DNA of 64,000 bases from Terriglobia bacterium (GTDB lineage Bacteria > Acidobacteriota > Terriglobia > JAJPHL01 > JAPKYU01). The notes beneath the pieces were generated by a model that was not told the origin of the DNA, did no database searches, and saw only the letters and a program-made list of their open reading frames with translations. The first letter of the stretch is position 1. Every line of letters starts with the position of its first letter. This document shows positions 51,785 to 63,016 of the stretch, in pieces. A program made the translations under genes and the position numbers. The DNA is taken from NCBI GenBank assembly GCA_965206645.1, contig CBDBKE010000004.1, positions 1,024,001 through 1,088,000 on the forward strand. Direction: 5' to 3'.

Positions 51785-53178
51785 GAGTCTGTGTGAAAAC
51801 CGCTCTTGCGAGTCACGTATAATGCGCCTTAAGGGGGCGCGATGAAATTCTTGACCTACAACCCGGAGCAAGCGTATCTGCTACCGCCCAGCGTGCGGGA
51901 GGTGCTGGGAGAAGATCACATCTGTTTTTTTGTGCACCAAGTCGTGGAGCGGCTGGAACTGAGTGCGTTTGAGCAGGGCTACGTGGAAGAAGGCCGCCCG
52001 GCCTATCATCCGGCGCTGTTGCTGAAGGTGTGGCTGTATGCCTACGCGCTGGGCGTGACCTCGGCCCGCCGTCTGGAACAGCGGGTGCGGGAGGACCTGG
52101 CGTTCCGTTATCTGGCGGCCGGAGCGGGGCCGGACTTTTGGACGCTGAACCAGTTTCGGACGCGGCACGCCCGTGCCCTGAACGATCTGTTCACACAGGT
52201 GGTGGAGTTGGCGCGGTCGCTGGGGATGGGGCGGCTGGGACACGTGGCCATGGACTCGACGCGGGTGGCGGCCAACGCCTCGCAGGACCGGGTGGAGACG
52301 GTGGCCAAGTTGAGGGCAGAGCGAGCCAAAATTCGGCGGCAGATTCGTCGCTGGCAGAAACAATGTGACACGCAGTCCTGCGAGGAAGCGGCTGGCCAGC
52401 AACTGAGCGGCAAGCAGATGGCAGCGCTGGAGAAGCGGCTGGAAGAAATCCCGCGATGCCTGGAGCGGTTGCGCAAAAGCGGGCTGAAGCGGCGTTCGGA
52501 AACCGATCCCGACAGCCGGTTTTTGCGCGACCGCAAGGGATTCACGCTGGGTTACACGGCGGAGGTGGCGGTCAGCGAAGATCATCTGATTGTCGAGCAG
52601 CGCGTGGGGCAAAACGCCACCGACAACGCGACGCTGGTCCCTCTGGTGGAGACGGTCGAGCGACGCTGCCGGGAACGCCCGCAGAAGGTCAGCGCCGACA
52701 GCGGCTTCTTTTGCTTGGAGACCATCGTGGAACTGGCCCAGCGTGGCCTGGACGTCTATGTGCCCGACTCGAACTTGGCGCGGGAACTGAACCGAGGCCA
52801 ACGCGCGCCCGGAGCACCTGCTGTACGGCATCCGGAACACCGGCGAATGCGACGCAAGCTGCGCGACCCGGCCGGCCGGGCGGTTTATCAGCGGCGCAAG
52901 GCGATCGTGGAACCAGGGATCGGGGTTTTGAAAGAACAGCGTGGAATGCGGCAGTTCCGGCGGCGGGGCCTGGGGAAGGTCGCGGTGGAGTTCGCGCTGG
53001 CCGCAACGGCCTTCAACCTCACCCGCCTGTGGCGCAACAAACCGAAGCTAGATCAGGAAGGCTAGTTCGGCAGACTCCCGGACCGGCGACTCGGCGAAGA
53101 TCGAAACACCAGAATTCTGGAGCGGATCATGATCTCTTTTGATTTCCAGCCAGCTAAACCGAGTTTCCACACAGGCTC
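51785..53178 (+). mobile_element. IS1182-family element
   Basis: IRs GAGTCTGTGTGAAAAC / GTTTCCACACAGGCTC, flanked by TATA on both sides. Confidence 0.9.
51842..53065 (+). CDS. IS1182-family transposase
   Basis: GRPAYHPALLLKVWLYAY, AMDST, SADSGF, YQRRKAIVEP. Confidence 0.92.
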   Translation: MKFLTYNPEQAYLLPPSVREVLGEDHICFFVHQVVERLELSAFEQGYVEEGRPAYHPALLLKVWLYAYALGVTSARRLEQRVREDLAFRYLAAGAGPDFWTLNQFRTRHARALNDLFTQVVELARSLGMGRLGHVAMDSTRVAANASQDRVETVAKLRAERAKIRRQIRRWQKQCDTQSCEEAAGQQLSGKQMAALEKRLEEIPRCLERLRKSGLKRRSETDPDSRFLRDRKGFTLGYTAEVAVSEDHLIVEQRVGQNATDNATLVPLVETVERRCRERPQKVSADSGFFCLETIVELAQRGLDVYVPDSNLARELNRGQRAPGAPAVRHPEHRRMRRKLRDPAGRAVYQRRKAIVEPGIGVLKEQRGMRQFRRRGLGKVAVEFALAATAFNLTRLWRNKPKLDQEG

Positions 53179-53281
53179 TATAGCCCCTCCCGAAAAGGCA
53201 AAACCAAAACCTTCCTTATAGGTAGATAACTGACAACAAAATGCTTATGCCATGCCGCGGCGGAAGCAGAGGGGAACCATA

Positions 53282-53817
53282 GTGAAGGTCTTTGCCTTTA
53301 TCGATACGAATGTGCTGCTGCACTACCGCTTCTTCCGCGAGGTTGACTGGGCGGCAGCGCTCGATGAGCCAGTGGTTGTTCTCGTACTCGCGCCGGTGGT
53401 GCTGAGTGAGCTTGATGATCACAAATGGTCGGGATCGCGGCGAGAGAAAGCGCGCGCGAAGGGCGTGCTCAAGGCCATCGACGAAATCGAGCTGGCCGCC
53501 GAAGCTGTCGGTATCCGAAAGGGCGTGAGCGTTATGGGCATAGGACACGAGCCGGCCGAGGCAGTGTTCGCCCGTTACCGCCTCCAAGGCGGCGTCAAGG
53601 ACGACCGGCTTCTCGCCTCCCTACTGGCGTTTTGCGAAGAGCGCGGCTCTAATCACCGCGTGCTGCTGGTAACAGCGGACGCAGGGCTACGGGTTAAGGC
53701 GCGGGTTCAGCGGATCGAGGTGATCGTGCCCGCCGACGATCTTGCAATCGACGACGAACCCGATGAGACGGAGCGGCGGCTCTCGGCCGCCAACCGTGAG
53801 CTGGCGGCGTACAAGAG
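53282..53817 (+). pseudogene. PIN-domain protein truncated by MITE
   Basis: FIDTNVLLH, VVLSELDDHK, DDRLL, LVTADAGLRVKA. Confidence 0.75.
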
Positions 53818-53948
53818 GGTACTGTCAAGTTGAGCAGAATCCGCCCGTTTTGCGGAAGGATTCTGCTGGATCAGAGACTGAGAATCAATGACTTAGCGGT
53901 GGCGGCGGGCGGCGAGAATGCCGCCAAACTGCTTAACTTGACAGTACC
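53818..53948 (+). mobile_element. MITE family A, copy 3
   Basis: 131 bp, same TIRs. Confidence 0.9.
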
Positions 53949-54291
53949 CTCATGATGGCGCTCCGGCTCGGCTCACGGCTCTTACGATTTGTCATGGCCA
54001 CAACATCTCCATTTGTCAAAAGATTTCCATGTTTCTTTAGATTTATTCAGCGTTCGCTTCAGGGCGCAATGTCGTCATGCGCGGCTTCCATGCTCCAGCC
54101 GTAGGCGCGGATGACCGGTCCGGGTCAGGGGGGCGCTCTGGAGGCTTTTTGCCGTCAACCCGGTATAGGCAAGGTATTTAGTACTGCAAATGCGCCGCCC
54201 AGTCCCTACCAAACCGGCAGGTTAGATTTGGAAGAAAAAGAAAGCGGCCGGGAACCGGGCCGCCCCACTGAGAACGCTGGCAGCGCTGCGG

Positions 54292-54987
54292 TTATCCGAA
54301 TTCGGCGATTGACAGCACTAATCGCACCAGATCCGCCTGGCGGGAGACCGGCTGTTTCTGGTAGATCTGCTTCAGGTGCCAATAGATGGAGCCTTGGGTG
54401 CGCCCCGTGGCCTCGGCCATGTCGCGGACGCTCTTGCCTTCGGCCAACCAAACCGCTACCTGGCTCTCCATCGGCGTCAGCCCCAGGGTCCTGGTCACCA
54501 AGCCGGGGTCGATCCGATGCTGGCTCCCCGGCTCGACAATCAGGGCCAGCGCGGCGATATGCCGCGCTCCGTAGTCCGGTTGGTGAACCCCGACGGGTTT
54601 GACGTGCACCACCAACGGCGGCAAGCCAGACGGGCGGGCCAGCAGCATCGACCCGCTGACCGTGACGGCGGCGGTCGGCAGCGCGCCGGCCACCAACCCC
54701 TCGAGGTGGAGCTGATCGTCCGGATTGAGGGCACCCAGCACCCCATCTCGGTCTGACAAGCCATCACCGTGCCGCAGGATGCTACGGGCGCGGTCATTGA
54801 CCTCAATGATCTTCCCACGCCGGTCCAGGTGGAGAACACCGATCCGAGGGTTATCGAGCAGGGCGGTCACGGTCGTCCTGTGTGCCTCGGCACGGACCAG
54901 CGCCTGCCGGACCCGGATGAATTGCCGAATATGGGGCAGTAGCGCCTGAACCATCGCGATCTCGGAAGACCCCCAGCCATCTGAGGC
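54292..54987 (-). pseudogene. PAS/LuxR-HTH regulator, 5'-truncated by MITE
   Basis: GVLHLDRRG..VNDRA; LGLTPMESQVA..LAEGKS..HLKQIYQK. Confidence 0.8.
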
Positions 54988-55118
54988 GGTACTGTCAAGT
55001 TAAGCAGTTTGGCGGCATTCTCGCCGCTCGCCGCCACCGCTAAGTCATTGATTCTCAGTCTCTGATCCAGCAGAATCCTTCCGCAAAACGGGCGGATTCT
55101 GCTCAACTTGACAGTACC
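54988..55118 (-). mobile_element. MITE family A, copy 4 (inverted)
   Basis: reverse complement of copy 3 with one apparent SNP. Confidence 0.9.
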
Positions 55119-55165
55119 TCACCGGAGCTTCTGCATCCCCTTACTTCTCGGCTGTAATGGAAACG

Positions 55166-55525
55166 TCAGGCGACGCGCGGCTCGACCTCCTGTTCGATTT
55201 TGGCGCGCAGGGTGCGTTCGGCGACATCGAGATCGTAACGGGTCTGGAGATTGATCCAGAATTCAGGCGTCGTCCCAAAATAGCGCCCCAGGCGCAGTGC
55301 AGTGTCGGTCGTGACACCGCGGCGTCCGAGCACGATATCGTTCAACCGTGGGCGAGAAACCTTGATTGCCTGGGCAAGCCGGTACACGCTGAGTTCCATT
55401 GGCGTTAGGAATTCATCGCGCAGTATCTCGCCTGGATGCACCAGCGATAGCTGCCGCCCCGAAGCCACATCCGAGAAGTCAACCCCCTCCCGGTCCATGT
55501 CCTCACGTTTGATGATCGTGTTCAT
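55166..55525 (-). CDS. higA: HigA antitoxin
   Basis: VHPGEILRDEFL, DTALRLGRYFGTTPEFWINLQ. Confidence 0.92.
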   Translation of the reverse strand: MNTIIKREDMDREGVDFSDVASGRQLSLVHPGEILRDEFLTPMELSVYRLAQAIKVSRPRLNDIVLGRRGVTTDTALRLGRYFGTTPEFWINLQTRYDLDVAERTLRAKIEQEVEPRVA

Positions 55526-55534
55526 TCCACCTCC

Positions 55535-55816
55535 TTAATGGTAGTCGACGATCTCGACCTCCCATGCTTCGCCATCGCGCCAGACGAAACAGATACGCCA
55601 TTGTTCGTTGACGCGAATGCTGTATTGCCCTCGGCGGGCGCCCCGCAAAGCCCCTAGTCGGTTGCCGGGCGGCACTCTCAGATCGTCGAGTTGGCCTGCG
55701 GCCTCAATAGCCAGGAGTTTTGCTCTCGCCCGCTGCTGGATCTGTATTGGCAGGCCGCGAACGGCATGGCCCGCAAAGATGGCCGCGCTACGCTTGTTGG
55801 CGAAACTCTTGATCAC
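55535..55816 (-). CDS. higB: HigB (RelE/ParE) toxin
   Basis: DLRVPPGNRL..GQYSIRVNEQWRICF..EIVDYH. Confidence 0.92.
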   Translation of the reverse strand: MIKSFANKRSAAIFAGHAVRGLPIQIQQRARAKLLAIEAAGQLDDLRVPPGNRLGALRGARRGQYSIRVNEQWRICFVWRDGEAWEVEIVDYH

Positions 55817-55971
55817 GAGCCAACGTAACGAATATCGGTACGTCTTGTCAAGGGTATCCATCGCCCGGCATCGATTGAATTGACCGTTATTGTGAAATCA
55901 CTCAGATAAAGTGAATGCTGGAAAATTTACACAGAACCATTCGTCAATATAGAATCGGCCTTCGTCGTGGG

Positions 55972-56487
55972 CTAAAGGGGCTGTTGGAGTCGCTGCCATC
56001 CCTCAGCTTTGGCAGCAAGTACGATTCGCGCACCTGCTTCCGCATCGGACCCTGAATCATGGTGGCATAGTGGGATACCAAGTCGGCGGCATACATCGGG
56101 CAACCGTGTCGGGTAGATGCCCCACTGCGAGCGCGCCAGATCGACCGTACAGATGAACGGCAATCCTGGTACACGAATACCGTACATGGCGCAACACGCT
56201 TGGAGTACGCTCCTGTCGAACGGCGCGTTGTGAGTCGCGATGAATTCCGCGTCGTCGAACCAAGGGAGCAGGGTCGGCCAGAGTTCGCCAAAGGTGGGCG
56301 CGGCGCGGACATCTTCCCAACGGAGGCCATGTACTTCGGTGAACTCAAACCGCGATGTAGGCGGCCGTATCAGGAACGACTGCACAACCTCAATTTTCCC
56401 CTTGCCCTCCCTGGCAAGGCCCACCGCGCACGCACTGACCCTCTGACGATTGGCGGTCTCGAAATCGATCGCGACAAAGGAATTCAT
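55972..56487 (-). CDS. DEDDh 3'-5' exonuclease (DnaQ-like)
   Basis: AIDFETAN, HNAPFD, CTV, HHDSGSDAEA. Confidence 0.9.
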   Translation of the reverse strand: MNSFVAIDFETANRQRVSACAVGLAREGKGKIEVVQSFLIRPPTSRFEFTEVHGLRWEDVRAAPTFGELWPTLLPWFDDAEFIATHNAPFDRSVLQACCAMYGIRVPGLPFICTVDLARSQWGIYPTRLPDVCRRLGIPLCHHDSGSDAEAGARIVLAAKAEGWQRLQQPL

Positions 56488-56584
56488 GGCAACAAGCGGC
56501 ATCATACGGCATTGTGCAAGGTCCGAGCGCGGCGGTGAGCAAGGGTCACTTCAATCATGGGTGCCTATAGACTGCTTCAGAAAA

Positions 56585-57410
56585 ATGACATCGGAACAAA
56601 TCAGCGCGTGGCCCGGCAAATCGATCGACGGACGCCTGCATTCCGCCCTCTGGCACATGTTAGACGTCGGAGCGGTTGCGGCCTGCCTGACCGCCCGGCA
56701 GCCGCTGACCGGATCCTGCGAGGCCGATCGCGCAGCATCGTTTCTTGTCGCTTTACACGATCTCGGCAAGTTCAGTTCTTCCTTTCGTGCAATGCTGCGT
56801 GGCCAGCCCTATACAGGCTTCCGGCACTGGCAGCACAGCTATCGGCTGCTGCGCGATCATGACGACCTGCTTTCCGACAGGCTCGGGGCGACAAAAGGCG
56901 TCCGGCGAATACTCTATGCGGCTGTCGCCGGGCATCACGGAGGCCCGCCGGAACATCTGGACCACCGAAAGTATAAAGATCAGGCCAGCCAGATTGGAGC
57001 CGAGGCCTCCCAGATTGCAGGAGAGGCGATCCAGGCCGTCGCTTCACTGTTTCCCGGAGCGTCACTGGAGGAAATGACGGAATCTGAAGCCCGACGATTG
57101 TCGTGGGCATTGTCCGGGCTGACCGTTCAGGCGGACTGGATCGGCTCGAACCCGGAGTGGTTCGGTCCGCAGGACGCGGGAACGCCGATTGACGTTTATT
57201 GGAATCAGGCCCTCGCCCGGGCGGAAACCGCAATCTCCAAAGCCGGGTTGCATCGTGCACAGCCTTTGCCTGAGGGAGCCGTAAAGGTTCTCCCTGTAAC
57301 AGCCGCGCTTCGTCCGATGCAGACGGCAGTAGCGGAGATCGACTTGCCGGACGGTCCCGTATTGGCCCTCATCGAAGATGCGACAGGTGCCGGCAAGACC
57401 GAGGCAGCGC
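56585..57410 (+). pseudogene. cas3: Cas3 (type I-E-like): HD nuclease and start of helicase, truncated by IS5
   Basis: WPGKS, WHMLDV, LHDLGK, AGHHG, ADWIGSN, LRPMQ, IEDATGAGKTEAA. Confidence 0.9.
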
Positions 57411-58526
57411 GGCGCTGTTGCACGATTCAACCTTGGCGCGAGTCAGGCCGTTTTCCCAACCCCTCGTTCATGACACCACGGCGTAGGACTTCGGCCTGCC
57501 GAGCTCGGCCATCCGGTTGAGGATGTGACACCCGATCGTGGTCTCTTTCCTTTGCGCGTTGCTGTTCCTCGCCTTCAGGCTTCCTCCGAGCACTGACTTG
57601 TATCGGAAGAACCCGTTCTCAACGCGCGCCTGCTGTCGGTAGCCCAACTCCTTCTGCCACTCTCGTCGTCCGATCTTACGAACTCTCTGAAGAGCCGCTT
57701 CTCGTTGCGCCCACGGGCCGTCCGTGGGCCCCGCGGACACCGCACAGCGACGAGGGGGGATCACGATCACGACGTCCTCTGTACCGGCCGCGCCGACCCG
57801 ATCGTAGATCGCCCTGTTGTCGTAGGCCCCGTCCGCCGTGAAACGCCGGATGGGAGCCTCGATCTGGTCGAGCAGATCCGGCAGGGCGGAGGCGTCGTCC
57901 CCGCTGCTCGTCGTGAGTTCGGCCGCCACAATGAACCCCTCGTCATCCACTCCGATGTGCAGCTTTCGCCAGTCCCGGCGTTTCTTGGATGCCTTGTACT
58001 TGTGCGAATTCCATTCGCCGCAACCCAGGATCTTGAGCCCCGTGGAATCGACGATCAAGTGGATCGGGCCGTCGTGGGCTCGGGTTAGAGGCGGCACCTC
58101 AACGATTTGGTTCCGGCGCGAGAGTGTGGTGTGGTCCGGGGCCTTGAGGTCGAGGCCCATCAAGCTGAGCAGCGAGTCCAGGAAACCCTCGGTCTGGCGA
58201 AGCGGCAGGTGGAAGACGACCCGCAGCGTCAACGCGGTCAAGATCGCGAGGTTCGAGTACCGCCGCTGGCCTCCGCGGAGACCGTTCTTCGCCGGTGTCC
58301 ACGCGGCGATCGCCTCCTCGCTCAGCCAGATCGTGACGTCGCCGCGGCTCCTGAGGCCCCGCTCGTACTCCCTCCAGTTCCAGATTCTGCATTTCGTCTT
58401 GTACTTGCGGTTGACTCGGCTCGACTTCCCTGCGGCCATGACGTTGCCCCCCTTGATCTCCATGATGGATCGGGACACCGAGCCAATGCTAGCGGGGGAG
58501 CCGAGGACGATTCATGCACCAACGCC
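57411..58526 (-). mobile_element. IS5-family (IS903-like) element
   Basis: IRs GGCGCTGTTGCACGATTC / GATTCATGCACCAACGCC; transposase 57468-58478 (VDSTG, TADGAYD). Confidence 0.9.
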
Positions 58527-58782
58527 TCCTTGAAAGGCAACCCGCAAAAACCGGTTGAATGACAGTTGAAATGCCTGTTTTTGGCTCTCACCCATTAGGT
58601 ATACACCTCCGGAATGCAATGTTGATGCTGGAACCCGCATCAATATTGATGTTGGAGGTTAGTCGAGGGTTGCTTCTACGATTTCAAACGGGAAATGCGG
58701 GTCAAGAAGTCATGAAGCTCCTCGAACGTTTCTGCCCGCTCAAAGAAAGGTTCGCTGGCATTGGGTTAGCTGCTATCCGCAG

Positions 58783-59073
58783 CTACCAGTTGTCCAATCC
58801 AGAATTGTGGATCGCTATTCCTCGCAATGACAACTCCTCGAGTAACCGGGCCACAGCACGGCTTACGTCTCCATCTCCTGGCACAACCACCGCCCATGTA
58901 AGGTTCTCTCGGAACTCCCGTGTACTGATGCGCCATTGCTCAAGAGCGGCCGGCGTAGTTGCTCCGATTTGAATGACAGACCAATGTCGAACTAGTGCCA
59001 GTGCCGTTGCTCGATCCGGCAGTGGCCCGCGGACGATAAAATGATTATCTCCGTGTACCAGAACGCCCAGCAT
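58783..59073 (-). CDS. hypothetical protein
   Basis: compact protein-like ORF, MLGVLVHGDNHFIVRGP. Confidence 0.55.
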   Translation of the reverse strand: MLGVLVHGDNHFIVRGPLPDRATALALVRHWSVIQIGATTPAALEQWRISTREFRENLTWAVVVPGDGDVSRAVARLLEELSLRGIAIHNSGLDNW

Positions 59074-59166
59074 AGAATTTAATGATCCAAGGGGTGAACC
59101 GAACCTCAAACCGTGTAGTCTACGGTCCGTCTCAAATCTCTCCCATTTCTGCTGAAATCAAACACA

Positions 59167-60030
59167 CTACGGCATCGTCAGCAGCGGCTTCTGACCGGGC
59201 GGTAAATGCTGATCGAAAACCGTCAGAATCAGAGCATCTCCTGCTTGAACCGCCATCAGACCCGCCAGGTCAACTACATTCCTCTCGCCAAAAAGTTTCA
59301 CCACATTCGCGTAGGTTTCCGGAGCCACTAAATGCTTCCCAGAAACCTCGCGACCCAACTGAATAATCGCCGCTTCTTTTTCACCCAAGCCTGTCAGAGG
59401 CTTGCGGTCCCTTACAACGTCTATTATGTAATGCTCCAGGCCTAGCTTGGCGGCTTCCAATTCGTGCATCGTCCACAAGTATTGTTGGTTCAATTCGCGG
59501 GCTGTTATGAGGATCGCTAGTTCCATCAGCCTTCGTCCAAGGTCTGCTTCGATAAGTTCAAGGAACTTGGCACCACCGCTGTGGAGGGATATTTGGTTCG
59601 GACCCGTACCCCAAGGGGCCAGCCTGGGACGATCAGGATTGGATGGCGGCTGCGGGACTTTGATCAAAGGCAGACGGCTCCTAGACTCCGGATGAATATC
59701 AGGAGGAGACGCGTCTTCCCATCTGTAAGGAAGCTGAAGAGGAACGATGTGCTTCCAGTCCAGAGGCAAATGTTGATTCACTACGGTGAGTCTCACTGAG
59801 GTCCCTGAGTATCGGGCCATTAATGTAACTATATCCACTAGGTTGGCCTTTCCCAAAGCTTTCAAGGCACGCGCATAGGTTTCCGGGGTCACTTTATGTC
59901 TTGTAACCGCTTCGCGGCCTAGTTGGATAATGGCAGCTTCCGTTTCGCCTAGTCCCTTGACCTGTCCTATAAGAGGCTCCTTGAATCTCAGGACGTCGAC
60001 GATTTCCTTTTCCAGACCTTGCCGAAGCCC
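59167..60030 (-). pseudogene. carboxymuconolactone-decarboxylase/AhpD-like repeat protein, 5'-truncated by IS3
   Basis: repeated EAAIIQLGRE..H.V.PETYA, ELAILITARE..WTMH. Confidence 0.7.
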
Positions 60031-61280
60031 TGACCTGACCGGCACTTTTTGTACCAAGTGGAAAGAGAGAGAATCCACTTGAGGAGGAAGTGAGGTCATG
60101 CCGACAAGGAGTTACAAGCCGGAGCAGATTGTAGCGGTGCTACGGCAGATAGAAGTGCAGATGGGGAACGGGAAGACTGCGCCCCAAGCCTGCAAAGAAG
60201 CTGGAATCCACACCCAAACCTACTACCGGTGGCGGAAGGAATACGGCGGGCTGAAGGTGGTGCAGGCAAAACGGCTAAAGGAGTTGGAGAAGGAAAACAC
60301 GCGGCTGAAGCGGTTGGTAGCGGAGCTTTCTCTGGAGAAGCAGGTGCTGCGGGATGTGGCGCAGGGAAACTTCTGAGCCCTGAGCGGCGGCGTTGTGCGG
60401 TGGAGCGTGCGTGGGAGCAACACGGGTTGTCGGAACGGCATGCCTGCCGGCTGCTGGGGCAATGGCGAGGGACACAACGATACGAGCCGATTCATCGGGT
60501 GGACGAGGATGCTCTGGCCCGAGCGATCATTGCCCTGGGAGCGAAGTACGGGCGATATGGCTACCGGAGGATCACAGCGTTGCTGCGGAGTGCGGGCTGG
60601 GAAGTGGGCAAGGACCGGGTGCAGCGGATTTGGCGGCGGGAAGGGCTGAAAGTGCCGCAAAAACAAAGGCCGCGAGGACGGCTGTGGCTGAACGACGGTT
60701 CCTGTGTACGACTGAGGCCGGAGCGACCGAACCACGTGTGGAGCTACGACTTCATGAGTGCCAGAACGCACGAGGGGAAAACGCTGCGGCTGCTGACCTT
60801 GCTGGATGAGTACACGCGGGAATGCCTGGCGATCCGGGTGGAGCGGAGGATGGGCAGCCAACAAATCATTGAGGCGTTGTCGGACGTGATGTTGTGGCGA
60901 GGGATACCGGAACAGATTCGATCCGACAATGGTCCCGAGTTCATCGCCAAACAACTGCGCCAGTGGTTGGCAAATCTAGGGACCGGGACACTGTACATCG
61001 AACCGGGCAGTCCCTGGGAGAACGGGTACTGCGAGAGTTTCAATGGGAAGCTGCGGGACGAATGCCTGAATGGAGAGATCTTCTACTCGTTGAAGGAGGC
61101 ACAGGTGGTGATTGAACAGTGGAGGGTGCAATACAACACGGTGCGGCCGCACTCGGCGCTCGGCTATAGGCCCCCGGCGCCGGGGGCCTATAGCCCTCCC
61201 CTGCCACTGAAACCAGTTTCACAGCCCCAGGCTGCGATGTAAACTCTCACTACGGTTGGTACAAAAAATCGGTCTGGTCA
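60031..61280 (+). mobile_element. IS3-family IS, copy 4
   Basis: near-identical to copy 1. Confidence 0.95.
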
Positions 61281-61300
61281 GTGCACCAGAAACGGAGGTC

Positions 61301-63016
61301 ATGCAGATGTGGCTCCGTGAACTACAGATCCGCAGTTTCCGAAAGATCGACGCGCTCACAGTGAGTTTTCCGCGCGGTCTGACGGTGTTGGTTGGGGAGA
61401 ATAACTCGGGTAAAACGACGATCATCGATGCACTGCGCCTCATGTTGTTCTCAAGCCGGGATCTTGATTCCCTCTGGCTTACGGAGGATGACTTCCGAGC
61501 CGGAACCGAACACGCACCGATCGAGATTTCCTGCCGATTCACCGGACTTGAGGATGAGGACGAAGTCCACTTTCAAGAGTGCCTCGTCGATATCGGTGAT
61601 GGCAAGTTCGAGATGCAGGTCAATGCCCGCGTTGAATTCAACGAGACGACGAATCGGTGCAACGTGAAGATGTGGGGCGGCGAGACGGAAGGCGGCTCAC
61701 TTCCGTCGAACCATTACGATCGACTTGCGACGATCTACTTGCAGCCGCTGCGTGATCCCGAACGCGGCCTGCGGCCTGGCCAGCATTCCCAGGTGTCCCG
61801 CCTTATCGACTGCCTGACTAAGGAAGATCAGCGCGCAGACTTTGAAGCCATCGCCAAGGATGCAAATGAGAAGATCCGAGTTCTGAAGCCAGTCGAAGAC
61901 GCAAGGGGCGACATCAATGCGCAGATGGCAGCCATTGCAGGTAGTCAGCTGGCACAGAAGACGGAGTTGATTTTCACTGACCCAACTTTCCGTCGTATCA
62001 TTGCAGGACTGCAGCCGGAGATTGAAGGACTTCCGTTTACCCTCAATGGGCTCGGCTACAACAACTTGATCTTCACATCCGCGACTTTGGGCACACTCCG
62101 GCGGAGTCCACAGTTCTCATTCCGTTCAATCCTGGTCGAGGAACCCGAAGCGCACCTGCACCCACAATTACAGATGCTCCTTCTCCAGCATTTGGCTGAT
62201 GTCGCCAGCAATCACGAAGGCAACGAAGTGCAGGTCATCGCGAGCAGCCACTCTCCTATCCTGGCGAGTCAGGCCCCGATCGACTCGGTCGTATCCGTTC
62301 ATGAGGTTGATGGCAAGGTCAGCGCAGTCTCGGTCTGTTCCATCACGATTGACGATAAGACCAAGAAGAAGCTCCAGCGGTATCTCGATGCGACCCGCGG
62401 GGAGTTGTTTTTCGCCCGACGCATCTTGATGGTGGAGGGGATCGCGGAGGCGCTGCTGCTCCCTGTGCTGGCCAAGATTTCAGGTGGCAACCTGAAGGGG
62501 TCGTCCGTGACCGTTCTGAACGCGGATGGGATCAACTTCAACGCGTTCATTCCATTGTTTGGAGTGGAACGGCTTGGTGTGCCGGTCGTCATACTCACAG
62601 ACGGTGACGCACAGGAGATCGGTGGAGAGATGTCGGAGACTGCGTCAGACTTGAGAGAGCAGGCAGCCGGTATTCCGAATCTGAATGTCGAGATGTCGGA
62701 GATAACCTTCGAGCACGAGCTTGCTCGATCGGAAATGCTGCTTCCGCACATGGTGTCTGCGCTCAAAGAGCTACATCCCATCATTGGAGCAACACTCGAA
62801 ACCGAGCTCGCGGCGCTTGCGACTGTGGAGGAGAAGGCCACGAAGTTCTTGGATGTGTTCATTGAGAAGTCGGTCTCGAAAGGCCGGTTTGCGCAGGAAC
62901 TCGCCGGGATCTTGGCGGAATGTAATCTCGGGGCCAACGCTGTACCCGATTACATCCGCAACGCGCTCAGGCATCTGGGAGTTCTCAGTGAGGCGGCAAA
63001 CGATGGCCACGGCTGA
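61301..63016 (+). CDS. gajA: OLD-family ATP-dependent endonuclease (Gabija GajA-like)
   Basis: VGENNSGKT, GLGYNN, EEPEAHLHP, TOPRIM VEGIAE..LTDGD, SKGRFAQ; GGAGG RBS. Confidence 0.85.
   Translation: MQMWLRELQIRSFRKIDALTVSFPRGLTVLVGENNSGKTTIIDALRLMLFSSRDLDSLWLTEDDFRAGTEHAPIEISCRFTGLEDEDEVHFQECLVDIGDGKFEMQVNARVEFNETTNRCNVKMWGGETEGGSLPSNHYDRLATIYLQPLRDPERGLRPGQHSQVSRLIDCLTKEDQRADFEAIAKDANEKIRVLKPVEDARGDINAQMAAIAGSQLAQKTELIFTDPTFRRIIAGLQPEIEGLPFTLNGLGYNNLIFTSATLGTLRRSPQFSFRSILVEEPEAHLHPQLQMLLLQHLADVASNHEGNEVQVIASSHSPILASQAPIDSVVSVHEVDGKVSAVSVCSITIDDKTKKKLQRYLDATRGELFFARRILMVEGIAEALLLPVLAKISGGNLKGSSVTVLNADGINFNAFIPLFGVERLGVPVVILTDGDAQEIGGEMSETASDLREQAAGIPNLNVEMSEITFEHELARSEMLLPHMVSALKELHPIIGATLETELAALATVEEKATKFLDVFIEKSVSKGRFAQELAGILAECNLGANAVPDYIRNALRHLGVLSEAANDGHG

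Noticed and set aside
15910-54987. LuxR N-terminal remnant (16.1 kb) and C-terminal remnant (54.3-55.0 kb) as halves of one interrupted gene
   Set aside because: On the minus strand the order is reversed and the middle is missing; more likely separate paralog remnants
56585-59100. CRISPR array near cas3
   Set aside because: No regularly spaced direct repeats seen here or elsewhere in the window
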